Assembly: GCA_963804955.1 (NCBI GenBank)
Contig: CAWDSQ010000030.1
Span: 292,650 to 356,649 of the forward strand
DNA from: an uncultured delta proteobacterium
Lineage (GTDB): Bacteria > Desulfobacterota > WTBG01 > CAIYCZ01 > CAIRTM01
Length of the DNA: 64,000 nt
Direction: 5' to 3'
This document shows positions 9,419 to 21,222 of this stretch, piece after piece. Positions within the stretch are counted from its first letter, which is position 1; the number at the start of each line of letters is the position of its first letter. The notes below the pieces were generated by a model, which did not search any database, was not told where the DNA came from, and worked only from the letters and a program-made list of their open reading frames with translations. The translations under genes and the position numbers were made by a program.

Positions 9419-10114
9419 TCAGACTTTATACGCGCCATCCTTGATGCCTGCCTCGTCAAACCCTTTTTTCCGAAGGATGCAGCTGTCGCACCGGCCGCAG
9501 GGGCTGCCGCCAGGCAGCGGGTCGTAGCAGCTGTGGGTCAGGCTGTAGTCGACGCCCAGGGCTGCGCCTGCTGTGATGATCTCGGCTTTGGTCATGTGCA
9601 GAAGGGGGGCATGAATCTGTATTTTTGTGGTTCCTTCCACGCCGGCTTTTGTTGCAAGGTTTGCCATGGCTTCAAAGGCAGCTATGTAGTCGGGCCTGCA
9701 GTCGGGGTAGCCCGAATAGTCCAGGGCATTGACGCCGATGAAGATATCGGCAGCGCCGAGAACCTCGGCCCAGGCAAGGGCATAGGACAAAAAGATGGTG
9801 TTGCGCGCAGGCACATAGGTGACGGGAATCTCTCCCTCCATGTCCTTTTGGGACCTGCCTTTGGGCACATCGATAGCGTCGGTGAGGGCGGAGCCGCCGA
9901 TTTTGTCCAGATCGAGGTTCAGCACGAGGTGCTGGGCAACATTGAAAAAACGCGAAACCCTTTCCGCTGCTGCAATTTCAATGTCGTGCCGCTGGCCGTA
10001 GCGGAAGCTGAGGCTGTAGATTTCGTAGCCCTGTTTTTTTGCCATGGCCATGACGGTTGTGGAATCAACGCCGCCGCTGCACAGCACAACGGCGCGGGTG
10101 GTTTGATGAGGCAT
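9419..10114 (-). CDS. queC: 7-cyano-7-deazaguanine synthase
   Basis: SGGVDS, TYVPARN, GYPDCR and CGRCDSC motifs. Confidence 0.95.
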   Translation of the reverse strand: MPHQTTRAVVLCSGGVDSTTVMAMAKKQGYEIYSLSFRYGQRHDIEIAAAERVSRFFNVAQHLVLNLDLDKIGGSALTDAIDVPKGRSQKDMEGEIPVTYVPARNTIFLSYALAWAEVLGAADIFIGVNALDYSGYPDCRPDYIAAFEAMANLATKAGVEGTTKIQIHAPLLHMTKAEIITAGAALGVDYSLTHSCYDPLPGGSPCGRCDSCILRKKGFDEAGIKDGAYKV

Positions 10115-10455
10115 GGCTGTCTCCTTTAACAAATGTTCACCGCCCGTAGCGTGCGCTTGAGACGCAGAGAACGCTGAGTGCTTATTTTTTCCCTTTCTGC
10201 TGAGAGGGCAGAAAGCGAAAAGCAATCTCCATGGCAAGGCGGGAAGACTTTTATGTTTCGCCCTGCTCTGCGAACCATAAAAAATCCCTACTCCTACTGC
10301 GTCTTTGTGCTCCTTGCCTTTCGATTCTGAATTCTGGGGTTCGCCAACGTTTCTCCGCCTACAGCCTAACAGTCTATAGATTACGCCTTTCGCTGTTCCT
10401 ACCGCCTACAGTCGAACAGCCTAATGCCTTTCTTGCATCTGACTTCTGCCCCGGC

Positions 10456-11830
10456 CTATTTCACCAGGGCAGTGTGAATGGCCAGCAGCGCCTTGTCGGC
10501 ATCCTCGTCATCGATGACGCAGGAGATATTGATCTCCGATGCGCCCTGGGAGATCATTTCGATATTGACGCCCTCGGCGGCCAGCACTGAAAACATTTTT
10601 CCCGCAAGCCCCACGCAGTGCTTCTGCCCGCGGCCCACAAGGCTGACAATAGCCATATCCTTGTTGACGGAAACGCGGCCCAGATGCTCCAGGTCCGCCA
10701 TGGCTGCGGCAAGGCGGTCGGTTTTTTCAACGGTGACCGACACATTGACCTCGGAGGTCGAGATCAGGTCGATGACGATGCCGTGCTTTTCGAAAACATT
10801 GAACACCTTGGCCATGAAGCCGTAGGCCATGAGCATGCGGTTGGAGTTGATGTTGACGACCGTGATGCCCCGCTTGGCTGTTATTGCCGTGGCAGGCTTG
10901 GCCGGAGACAGGCTGTCGGCGCTGGGGTCGACAATGGTGCCGGGCAGCTCGGGCTTGAAGGTGTTTTTAATGTGGATCGGTATGCCCACCCGCACGACCT
11001 GCTCCATGGTGAACGGGTGAATGACCTCGGAGCCGTAGTAGGTCAGCTCGGCTGCTTCTTCGGGCGTGATGGCCGGCAGTACCACGGCACCCGGCACCTT
11101 GCGCGGGTCGGCGGAGAAAACGCCATCGACTTCTTTCCATATCTGCAGCTCCCGCGCGCCGATGGCTGCCGCGGCAAGGGCTGCGGTCAGGTCGGTATAG
11201 CCCCGGCCGATGCTGTTGATGATGCCCCCGGGCACAAAGCCGAAATAGCCGGTGAGCACGGCCACCTTGTGGCCGCAGGCCTCGATGCGGCTGCGCAGAC
11301 GGGTCTGCGTGTAGGCGTAGAAATCCTGGCCCGCCTCCTTAAACTTTTTTTGGATGATCAGCGAGAGGTCCACAAATTCGGCATCGATGCCCATGCTGTT
11401 GAGAAGGCCCGCAAAGATACAGGCCGAGAGCTTCTCTCCCATGCCGATGACGACATCCTGCGACCGCGTGGACATTTCGCCGATAATGCTGATGGCTCCG
11501 AGAAACGATTTAAGCCCCCGCAGCTCTTCTTTGATTTGCTCGCTGACCTGCTCGCCGCAGCTCTCCGGTCATGAGCTCGTTGACAGCTTCCAGATGATGC
11601 TCTTCGATGGAATCGATGATGCCGTGAAAGTCTTTTTTTGCAAGGGCCGCATCGGCTGCCTCGATGAGCTTGCTTGTGGTGCCCTCGGCTTTCACATAGC
11701 TGCTCATGGCCGACAGGGCCAGCACAACCCGGTCGCTTTTCAGGCTGTTTTTAACAATATCGGCAACCCCGCGCATGCGGTCGGCCTTGCCAAGGCTCGT
11801 TCCGCCGAATTTCTGAACAATGTACTTCAT
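10456..11830 (-). CDS. lysC: Aspartate kinase (frameshift near 11560)
   Basis: VQKFGGTS, GRGYTD, DGVFSADPR and two ACT domains. Confidence 0.9.
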
Positions 11831-11991
11831 GGTGCTCCTTTCCGGACTGTTGAAAAATAGATTTAACTATATAAGTTTACGTGTGTTTTTTTGCAAGCTA
11901 AATTTTTGCCGGGAGAGCGGTTTTATGCTTTTTCATCACCTGCCGCGCGCGCGCAGGGGAAGGTTTAAATTGTTCACATTTAGTATTCTAA

Positions 11992-12823
<832 letters not shown>

Positions 12824-12985
12824 ATGTAAAGAGCCTGTAGGCGTTTAGGCCGCAGGCTGTAGCAGAGGGCAAAGGCGAAAGACAAGAAAGAAGCCGGTCC
12901 GCCGCAGCGTAGAGAATTTAGAATGTGAACCCTGATACAGGTGTTTTCAATGAATGATTTAATAACCAGCTAAGGAGGATCTGAA

Positions 12986-13799
12986 ATGAATCTCAAGGAT
13001 AAAGTCGCAATCATCACTGGAGCAAGCAAGGGCATCGGGAAGGCAATGGCATATATTCTTGCTGACGAGGGTTGCCATATTGTATGCGCTGCGCGCTCTG
13101 TTGATAAACTCGAGCAGGTGGTAGCCGCTATTCGGGCAAAGGGGCGCAGGGCCCTGGCCGTGGGCACGGATGTGAGCGACCGGAAGTCGGTACAGAGCAT
13201 GGTTGCCGCCGCCATGGCGGAGTTCGGCAGGATTGATATTCTCATCAACAATGCCGGCGGCCCTCTTGCCGGCATTCCCGGCATGGCGCGGCCCGTGAAC
13301 GACTCAAATGAATTTTTTGATGTGATGGAGAAAATGACGTTTATCAATATTGACGACGCAAGACTGGGACCTGATTTTTAATATAAACTTTTACGGCGCG
13401 GTCTATGCAACAAAGGCAGTGCTGCCTATTATGATAAAGCAGGGATCGGGGCATATTATCAATACAAGTTCAAAGGCGGGAAAGATAAAAGCCGATATCG
13501 TGCCCGGCATGATAGCCTATGCAACCGCCAAGGGCGCTCTGTCGCGCTTTACGGAAGCGCTTGCCTATGAGCTGATGTGCGAAGTCTCCCCGATACGGGT
13601 CAACGCCATAAGCCCCGGCAATGTTGCCGTTACGATGCATGAGAACCTGCCGCCTGAAGAGCTGGAGGGCTACCGCAAGCCGGAAGATATAAAGGATATT
13701 CTGCTGTTCGTGCTGGATGAGGAAAAGTCGGTCAGCGGCGAAATCTACGGCTCGGAGACCATGAAATCCTGGTATCAGGAGATACAGGAGGGGATATAG
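12986..13799 (+). CDS. SDR-family oxidoreductase (frameshift near 13360)
   Basis: TGASKGIG, NNAG and YATAK motifs. Confidence 0.85.
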
Positions 13800-13997
13800 C
13801 AGGAAAGATCAGCGCCTAAAATATTTAGGCCTCAGTCTGGCGCAGGGCTGTTTTAGATGTTATTAGATTAGAAATACCTATTAATGTGCCGGACTCCAGA
13901 GTTTTGAACCGGGTGCATGCACCCAGGGGCGGTCCGGTATGGGACCGCCCTTTTTTTAACGATACGGCTCATAAGCCGGATAGCGTAGCAAGAGCCC

Positions 13998-15533
13998 ATG
14001 AACCCATCGCCTGACAAGATTACCTCCATCGGTTACGGCCGGCGCAAGAAGGCCGACCCGTCAAGCGGCCGCAGCCATGCCTCGCAGCGCAATGAAAAAC
14101 GCCTTAGGGGGGTTGAGCAGGAGCAGGCCGGGCCTGCAGCCGCAGATGAACTGTCGCACACCGGCCATTCCGCAGTCAACGTCCTGCTGAATACGCCTTT
14201 TGATGCCGTGTGCGTGCTTGATGCCGAGGGTAGAGTCCTTGATCTCAATGAGGTCGCTGTCATGAGACTGGGAAAGCCGAGAACGGCTCTTGCAGATCAC
14301 GTAATCTGGGATTTTTTTCCTCCCCATGTTTCCCGTTTCAGAAAACAGCACATAGACGGGGTCTTTGCATCCGGCAATCCTGTGCGTTTTGAGGATGAAC
14401 GCGACGGGATATGGACTGACAGTATCGTATACCCGATTCACAATCCCGATGGCCTGGTGGCCGGCGTTGTTGTCGTAGCCCATGACATTACCGAGCTCAG
14501 GCTGGCAGAACGCGAGCTGCGCAGGAGCACACGAATGCTTGAAAACGCGCAGCGTATGGCACGGGTCGGCAACTGGGATGTTGATCTGATCGTCCGAACT
14601 ACGCGGTGGTCGGATGAGCTGTACCGGATACTCGGGTATGCTCCCGGTGAAGTTGAGCCGACGGTTGATTTTTTTGCAAAGCATATCCACCCCGATGATC
14701 TCGATCAATTTCTCAACCGCAGCAAAAAGCACGGCGTGGGAGATTATAACCTTCTTGGTACGCAGGCGGAATACCGGCTTGTCTCCCGCGACGGCTCACA
14801 GAAGTGGGTCATGGGCAACACCGAGGCTGAATATGATGATGAGGGGAACATCTGCCGCATCTCCGGCACGGTTCAGGATATAACCGACCGAAGGCAGATG
14901 GAAGAGGTGCTGCGGTGCAATGAGGAGAAATTCCGCAGCCTTTTTATGGGCTCCGGCGAAGGTATTGTTCTGTATGATAATTACTGGCGGATTATAGGAT
15001 GGAACAGGGCCATGGAGCGCATCACCGGCCGGGCTGAGCAGGATTTTATCAGCAAATATGCCTGGGATATGGCCTATGAGTTTCTTCCCGCAGACATGAA
15101 AAAGCCTGCCATGCTCGACATGCTCAAAGCCCAGCACGCCACATTTCTATCGCACCAGGATTTTGCCGTCGGCGAATTCAATATCTTTGTCGAGGACGGG
15201 GCATCCCGGACTATTTCCTATACGACATTTAAAATACCGGCAGGGGCTGAATTTATGTATGGCAGCATTTTGCGTGACATAACCGACCGTAAGATGGTAG
15301 AAGCTGAACGTGAGCATCTGATCGCAGAGCTTACCGATGCCCTTGCCCAGATAAAAACGCTGAAAGGCCTGCTGCCGATCTGCTCATCCTGCAAGAAAAT
15401 CAGGGATGACATGGGGTACTGGAATACGCTGGAATTATATATCATGGAGCATACCGATGCCGAATTTACGCATGGCATCTGCCCCGACTGCATCAGGAAG
15501 TTTTTTCCGGAAGCCTGTGAGGATGACGAGTAA
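13998..15533 (+). CDS. Triple-PAS sensor with C-terminal CxxC..HGICPxC domain
   Basis: Three DIT-terminated PAS/PAC units; LKGLLPICSSCKKIRDD..HGICPDC tail. Confidence 0.85.
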   Translation: MNPSPDKITSIGYGRRKKADPSSGRSHASQRNEKRLRGVEQEQAGPAAADELSHTGHSAVNVLLNTPFDAVCVLDAEGRVLDLNEVAVMRLGKPRTALADHVIWDFFPPHVSRFRKQHIDGVFASGNPVRFEDERDGIWTDSIVYPIHNPDGLVAGVVVVAHDITELRLAERELRRSTRMLENAQRMARVGNWDVDLIVRTTRWSDELYRILGYAPGEVEPTVDFFAKHIHPDDLDQFLNRSKKHGVGDYNLLGTQAEYRLVSRDGSQKWVMGNTEAEYDDEGNICRISGTVQDITDRRQMEEVLRCNEEKFRSLFMGSGEGIVLYDNYWRIIGWNRAMERITGRAEQDFISKYAWDMAYEFLPADMKKPAMLDMLKAQHATFLSHQDFAVGEFNIFVEDGASRTISYTTFKIPAGAEFMYGSILRDITDRKMVEAEREHLIAELTDALAQIKTLKGLLPICSSCKKIRDDMGYWNTLELYIMEHTDAEFTHGICPDCIRKFFPEACEDDE

Positions 15534-15610
15534 TGCAACGATGACGCGCGAGCTGTGTTAGAGTATACCGGAGAGGGGCAGTGAGCGCGCAGAGGGGAAG
15601 GATACAGACA

Positions 15611-16586
15611 ATGCGTACAGTTCTCGTATGGCTGGCTTGTGCAGCTTTTATTTTTTGCGGCCAGGCGTGTAAAAAGATTGCAGCTCCGCCGGGACAGGCC
15701 GATGCGGGCTATGGCTCAGGCCAGAACTACATAAGCGACAGCTATACCCGCCAGAGCGTCGGCAGTGACGCCGATGGAACCAGGGTATGGTACTATGTGC
15801 CCCATACGCTCAAAAACGGCATCAGCGCTCCCGGGGTCATTTTTCTGCATGGCTATACCGCAATCGATCCTGAAATTTATTACGGCCATATAGAGCATCT
15901 GGTGAAACAGGGCTATATCGTTATATATCCCGTATACCAGATATCCGGCGAGATGGGCTCCGCAGAGGATCTCGACCAGACGGTTATGCTTGAGCGTGCC
16001 GTTGACGCTGTCGATAAGGCCCTTGAAGCTTTAGGCGATACGGTCGAGACGGGCAGCCTTACCGCCTACGGACATTCCCTGGGCGGGCTGTTCGCTTTCT
16101 GCTGGCAGGGCGCAGGCGGCGCACCGGTTCGCCGGATTGTCATGTCGCATGCCAATATGGACCCGTCGACGGGCATACCTGCTTTTGCCATCGGCCGCGT
16201 GACGCTTATCGACTACACCGACCCTGCATACGGCCCGGAAGTCAGGGTCCCGGTCATTATGCTGTGGGGCAATGGCGACACTGATATCGCACCGTTTTCC
16301 CAGCAGCAGGAGGCCTACGATCTGCTGGCTCATGCGCCGTCAAAGGTGCTGTATTCCGCACGCTCGGACAATCATGGGCTTCCGCAGCTTGAGCGCCAGC
16401 CATGCAGCACCCATACAGATGCTCAATGAACGCACAGGGCGGGCACAGCAGGATGCCCTTGACTACAGGTTTTATTATGCCGCCCTTGATGCCGCCCTTG
16501 ACGGGCGGGACACGGTATCCTTTGCCATGGGCACCTGGAGCGACGGCACGCCGGTAAAAAAGGTGAAGCGGCTGCTGCCGGAGTAA
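15611..16586 (+). CDS. Exported alpha/beta hydrolase, possibly a lipoprotein (frameshift near 16390)
   Basis: FLHG and GHSLGG motifs, lipobox-like QAC. Confidence 0.8.
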
Positions 16587-16607
16587 CTGCACACCACATC
16601 AAATAAT

Positions 16608-16775
16608 CCCCTCAACGAACCCCCAGCACTATCGCTGGAAAATTTTCCAAGCGATCGGTTCTGTCTGTGTGCCTGATCATGTAGACAAATTTGCCCTGTA
16701 ACCAGATATCTCACTGCGGTCGAGCGACAGAATAAACCAACTGTCTTTAGAAAGACACTCTACGTCATTGAGGGG
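16608..16775 (-). ncRNA. Candidate multi-stem RNA / orphan IS110-like non-coding end
   Basis: Closing stem 16608-16618/16765-16775 with three inner arms; G-U pairs favour the minus strand. Confidence 0.5.
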
Positions 16776-16997
16776 TCAGGCTTGCTCCTGGACGCTCATA
16801 TTTTCAGAATGGCATCGGCCATATTCGCATAGTGCGTTCCCTTCCAGTGGGAACGACCAGAAATGAAGTCATACAGCTTTCGCACTCAACTGTTTTCTGA
16901 TGTTCGGTTACAAGAATTCAGTTACGTTCTCCAGTATAGCGTATCGGCGCTGCAGTTAACGATTCAAAAATTCGCCGCTAGGGGCCGACAGCGCAAT

Positions 16998-17032
16998 ATA
17001 AAAAGGACGGATGGGCTGCTGCTCATCCGTCC
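16998..17032 (-). terminator. Intrinsic terminator of the redox operon
   Basis: 12-bp stem followed by a T-run on the minus strand. Confidence 0.75.
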
Positions 17033-17053
17033 GGAGGTTCCGACTTTTTGAAG

Positions 17054-17164
17054 TTACTTTACTTCCTCAAATTTGTCCGCAGGCGCGCCGCAGATGGGGC
17101 AGGTGTCGGGAGGTGTCGGGCCTTCATGAACATAACCGCAGATTTTGCAACGCCATTTTTTCAT
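17054..17164 (-). CDS. Short rubredoxin-like protein (36 aa, below the ORF-track cutoff)
   Basis: MKKWRCKICGYVHEGPTPPDTCPICGAPADKFEEVK, with GGAG RBS upstream. Confidence 0.9.
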   Translation of the reverse strand: MKKWRCKICGYVHEGPTPPDTCPICGAPADKFEEVK

Positions 17165-17218
17165 TCCAGTTCTCCTTGTCGTAGTGTTTAGGGTCTGACC
17201 CGGGCAGCGCCGGGTGGC

Positions 17219-17962
17219 TCACGTTTGTACAGTGCCGACAGCGCCAAGGTAGACGGCTGTCTCGTTCTGTCCGTCGATGCCGATAATCTCATTGACCTCG
17301 GCGTCGAAAAAAGCGCCGATGGTGCAGCAGCCAAGGCCGAGGGCAGTTGCTGCAAGATACAGATTCTGGCCGATATGTCCCGCGTCAAGGTAGATGTAGC
17401 GGTACGCGCGCTCGTGGTATTTCCACTTGCTGCGGCCGGCAATGGCGGTCCAGATGAACGCAGCAGCGCTCTCGCTGACCATGTCCTGGCCAAGCGCTGC
17501 AATGGCAAGCGAGGCGCTGCAATCGCCGGGGCGGATGAGTTCCAGCGCCTGCCGGGCAATATTGAGGTGATACAGGCCGCAGTCAAGCCCGGTCACACGG
17601 TTTGCATGGATATATGTTTCAATCGGGTAGAGAGCTCCGGCCGAGGGTGCTGCCCGGAACAGGTTGTCATCCAGATCCTCGGTAATGCCCTGCGTGGCAA
17701 AGATGAGCAGGGCAAGCTCGTCCAGTGGCAGGGTATCTTTGGTGAAATCGCGCTGCGAGCGCCGGCTGGAAAGCGTGTCCCAAAAATCAGCCTTCTTTTC
17801 AGGCTGCACGGGCGGCAGAGGTATAATTTTTATCGCATCGGGGTAGTGCTTGTACTGCTCAGCCCGCTCAAACACGCCGGACGAGTAGACTTTCATGCCG
17901 TCGCGCAGGTATTTTGTTTCTTCCTGATATCTGTCGCCGATGCCTTTTTTTTCTTCGTTCAT
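17219..17962 (-). CDS. SagB/ThcOx-type nitroreductase
   Basis: RRSQRDF, RAAPSAGALYP, KY..RAYRY and DAGH motifs. Confidence 0.9.
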   Translation of the reverse strand: MNEEKKGIGDRYQEETKYLRDGMKVYSSGVFERAEQYKHYPDAIKIIPLPPVQPEKKADFWDTLSSRRSQRDFTKDTLPLDELALLIFATQGITEDLDDNLFRAAPSAGALYPIETYIHANRVTGLDCGLYHLNIARQALELIRPGDCSASLAIAALGQDMVSESAAAFIWTAIAGRSKWKYHERAYRYIYLDAGHIGQNLYLAATALGLGCCTIGAFFDAEVNEIIGIDGQNETAVYLGAVGTVQT

Positions 17963-18006
17963 AGTCGCCTCAGATGTGCGCCGCAGGGGCGTATTGCCAT
18001 ACGCCC

Positions 18007-19212
18007 TTACTTCAGCCGCGCGCAGTCGAAATCAGGCTTTGCAAGATCGGCTTTGAGCGCCGAAATATTTTTTTTGTTTTTGATGGCCGCAAGTATCTCA
18101 TCGGCGCCGTGATTGTCCCCGAGCAGTATGGCGCCGGCCAGAATATTGTCCTGTATGACGAATTTCCGGTAGGTCGCCTGCGCCGCATCCTGAACAACAA
18201 TAGATTCAAGCTTCGCGTCGGCATCGATATCGCCCCCGGCGGTCAGATTAATGCCGACGACCTTCAGTGAATTCGACATGACGCTGCCGCCGTAGTGCAC
18301 GCTGCCGCCGGCCATATTCGTGCCGGCAACGCGGCCCTGATCCATTGACGGCTGCCAGAGGCCATAGAACATGCCGCGATGCTCGATGAGGTCGCCTGCG
18401 GCATATATATCATCAATGCCGGTCTTCATGCAGTCGTCAACTTTTACGCCCTTATCGATCTCAAGGCCGATTGCTTTTGCAAGAGCCACTTCGGGCCTGA
18501 CGCCGGCAGAAATCATGACCATGTCGGCGGGCAGTTTCTCGCCGCCTTCAAGATTGACAAAGAGCTTGCCGCCCTGGCTGGTAATGTCCCTGGTTTTCGC
18601 TCCGAGATAAAAGCTGAAGCCCATTTTTTCCATTTCCTTCTGCAGGATGGCAGCCCCCGGAACATCCATCTGGCGGGGCAGCAGGCGCGGAAATACTTCA
18701 ACAACGGAGACCTTGAGGCCTGCTTTCCGAAGGCCGTTGCCGGCTTCAAGGCCAAGCACGCCGCCGCCGATGAGCACGAGCTCTTTTGCCGTCTCAGCTC
18801 TTTTCTTTATGGCCTGGGCATCTGCAGCCGTGCGCAGCGCAACCACGCCCTCATTTTTTGATCCCGGTATGGGCGGAATAAAAGAATATCCGCCGGTTGC
18901 AATCAGCAGTGTATCATAGGAAAAGCTTGTACCGCCTTTGGTTGTGACGGTTTTTGCCTTCGGGTCGATGGCAGTCACCTCGGTGTCCAGATGCAGCTCG
19001 ATGCCGTTGCCTGTATACCACTGCTCGTTATGAATGATGATGCCGCTTATGTCTTTCTCGCCCGCAAGAAATTCAGGCAGGGCCGGTACATAGTAGAAGG
19101 GCGCCTTCTCTTTTGAGAACATGATTATGGAGCCCTGTTTGTCCGTCGCGCGGATTTTTTCAGCAGCGGCATTCGCAGCCACACTGTTGCCGATGATGAT
19201 ATGCTTTGCCAT
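18007..19212 (-). CDS. FAD-dependent NAD(P)H oxidoreductase (NADH:rubredoxin reductase-like)
   Basis: IATG, GGGVLGLE and IYAAGD motifs. Confidence 0.85.
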   Translation of the reverse strand: MAKHIIIGNSVAANAAAEKIRATDKQGSIIMFSKEKAPFYYVPALPEFLAGEKDISGIIIHNEQWYTGNGIELHLDTEVTAIDPKAKTVTTKGGTSFSYDTLLIATGGYSFIPPIPGSKNEGVVALRTAADAQAIKKRAETAKELVLIGGGVLGLEAGNGLRKAGLKVSVVEVFPRLLPRQMDVPGAAILQKEMEKMGFSFYLGAKTRDITSQGGKLFVNLEGGEKLPADMVMISAGVRPEVALAKAIGLEIDKGVKVDDCMKTGIDDIYAAGDLIEHRGMFYGLWQPSMDQGRVAGTNMAGGSVHYGGSVMSNSLKVVGINLTAGGDIDADAKLESIVVQDAAQATYRKFVIQDNILAGAILLGDNHGADEILAAIKNKKNISALKADLAKPDFDCARLK

Positions 19213-19263
19213 GATGACCCCCTGTTGGAATATGTTGGTTGTTTGTCGCGAGCCCGGTTTGCC

Positions 19264-19839
19264 CTATGTGAGCACAATAGCTCTCCCGAGTTTTTTTGCT
19301 TCCTCGCATAGTTCGGGCTGCTCCAGAAGCGCGCCTTTTTTGTCGATGCCGCCATAGGTGAGATGATGCGAGAACGGCATGTCAAGGGCATCGAAAAAAT
19401 ATTTTGCCGTGAGCAGGATGCCGTCAAAATTTTTCTTTCCCTTTGCTCCTCCGACGCTGAGCAGAATGCCCCGGCCCTCTGCGGCCCGCTCCAGGCGCAG
19501 CCCCCGGCCAAGCAGATACTTGCGCGCCCAGAAGCATTGCGTGCGGTCAACCATTGCTTTAGCAAGGGCGTTCAGGCCGTAAAAGAAGACGGGCGCCGCC
19601 AGCACAATGACATCGGTTGCGATCAGGCGCGGATAGATGTCATCCATGCCGTCGCGCAGCACGCATATCCCTGTTGCTTCGCAGCCGCCGCAGTCAATGC
19701 AGGGTGAAAAGGTGACATCCCGAAGGAAAATTTCCTGCACCCCGGCGCCTGCCTCCCGTACGCCCCCGAGGAAAGCCTGCATGAGCAGATCTGTGTTGCC
19801 GTCTTTTCTCGGGCTGCCGTAGATCGCGGTTATTCGCAT
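19264..19839 (-). CDS. Iron-sulfur flavoprotein / NADPH-dependent FMN reductase family
   Basis: GSPRKDGNT, CIDCGGC..C and APVFF motifs. Confidence 0.85.
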   Translation of the reverse strand: MRITAIYGSPRKDGNTDLLMQAFLGGVREAGAGVQEIFLRDVTFSPCIDCGGCEATGICVLRDGMDDIYPRLIATDVIVLAAPVFFYGLNALAKAMVDRTQCFWARKYLLGRGLRLERAAEGRGILLSVGGAKGKKNFDGILLTAKYFFDALDMPFSHHLTYGGIDKKGALLEQPELCEEAKKLGRAIVLT

Positions 19840-19932
19840 GGTTGCTCGCGTGTGGATATTGTTTAATCGCAGGGGCGGGCTGTATGCCGGCCCTGGCAGG
19901 AGGAGATGCCCCCCTGCCTGCATCGGATAGTG

Positions 19933-21111
19933 TCAGGACTTGATTTTTTCAATAATTTTTTCAGCAAGCGCTATGATCTGTGCAGTATCTTCAGCATTGG
20001 GAAGATACTGGGCGCGCACGCCCGGCTCGATGACGTCAAGGCCGATGGCCTTCAGCTCGTCGCTCACCAGCTGCATGGATTCGCCGCTCCAGCCATAGGA
20101 GCCGAAAGCCGCGGCAATCTTTTTTTGCGGCTTCAGGCCTTTCATATAGCAGAGCAGGTCGGCCACAGTCGGGAAAAGATTGCGGTGCAGTGTCGGCGAG
20201 CCTATGCACACGGCCTTCGAATCCAGTATCTCGGCCATAATATCGCTGCGGTGCCATTGGCGAAGCTTCATGAGCTTTACTTCGATGCCTTTGCCCATAA
20301 AAAATTCCGTCATGGTTTTGGCCATTTTTTCCGTGCTCTGCCACATGGTATCATATACTACAGATACTTTGTTGCCCGCTTCGTAACGGCTCCACTGGTC
20401 ATAGGCTTTGATGATACGGCCCGGGTCCGTGCGCCAGATGATTCCGTGGCTCGGAGCTATCATGTCGATTTCAAGTTTCAGCTCGCCAACTTTTTTAAGC
20501 GTGTTCTGAATCAGGGGCGAGAGGTGTATGAGTAGATTGGCGTAATATTTACGGGCCTCATACATCACGTCGTGCATGTCCACTTCATCGTCAAAGCGTT
20601 CCGATGTTGCGATGTGCTGTCCGAAGCCGTCCATGGAAAACAGCAGCTTGTCCCCGGGCAGATAGGAGAACATGCTGTCGGGCCAGTGCACCATGGGGGT
20701 TTCGATAAATTGCAGGCTGCGGCTGCCCAGGTTGAGCGAGTCGCCGGTCTTAACGATTTCAAGGGGCAGATCGCCGAAATATTTCTGCAGGCCGGGCTTT
20801 GCCATCTGGGTGGCAAATATTTTCACGTTCGGGAACAGGCGGTGAAACTCGCCAAGGGAGCCCGAGTGGTCTTTCTCAATGTGGTTGCAGATGAGATAGT
20901 CGATTTTTGCAGGATCGATGATCTGCCGGATGCGATCAAGCATTTCACCTAAAAACGCCGCCTTGACCGTATCGATGAGCGTGATTTTTTCATCGATGAT
21001 AAGGTAGCTGTTGTAGGTTGCGCCGCGGCCGGTTATGTAGCCGTGAAAGTCGCGCAGATTCCAGTCGATGGCGCCGACCCAGTAGATGCTGTCTCTAAGC
21101 TGTACGGACAT
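19933..21111 (-). CDS. fprA: Flavodiiron protein (O2/NO reductase)
   Basis: HIEKDHSG, HWPD, PSHG and a flavodoxin domain. Confidence 0.95.
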   Translation of the reverse strand: MSVQLRDSIYWVGAIDWNLRDFHGYITGRGATYNSYLIIDEKITLIDTVKAAFLGEMLDRIRQIIDPAKIDYLICNHIEKDHSGSLGEFHRLFPNVKIFATQMAKPGLQKYFGDLPLEIVKTGDSLNLGSRSLQFIETPMVHWPDSMFSYLPGDKLLFSMDGFGQHIATSERFDDEVDMHDVMYEARKYYANLLIHLSPLIQNTLKKVGELKLEIDMIAPSHGIIWRTDPGRIIKAYDQWSRYEAGNKVSVVYDTMWQSTEKMAKTMTEFFMGKGIEVKLMKLRQWHRSDIMAEILDSKAVCIGSPTLHRNLFPTVADLLCYMKGLKPQKKIAAAFGSYGWSGESMQLVSDELKAIGLDVIEPGVRAQYLPNAEDTAQIIALAEKIIEKIKS

Positions 21112-21222
21112 TGATTTCTCCCTGTTGAAATTTTTTATGGCTAAAATTTAAGTCTATTAGGCTGTAGACTGTTAGGCTGAAGGCTATTGGTTAGAAGACC
21201 TGCAGCCTGAACTGCCTACAGT

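Noticed and set aside
9150..10450. Short ORFs built from AGGCTGT/CAGCCTA-type repeats (repeat also near 12840 and 21160)
   Set aside because: Low-complexity intergenic repeats; no credible proteins.
17219..17962. RiPP (azole) biosynthesis from the SagB-like gene
   Set aside because: No YcaO, precursor or transporter; the context is a redox operon.
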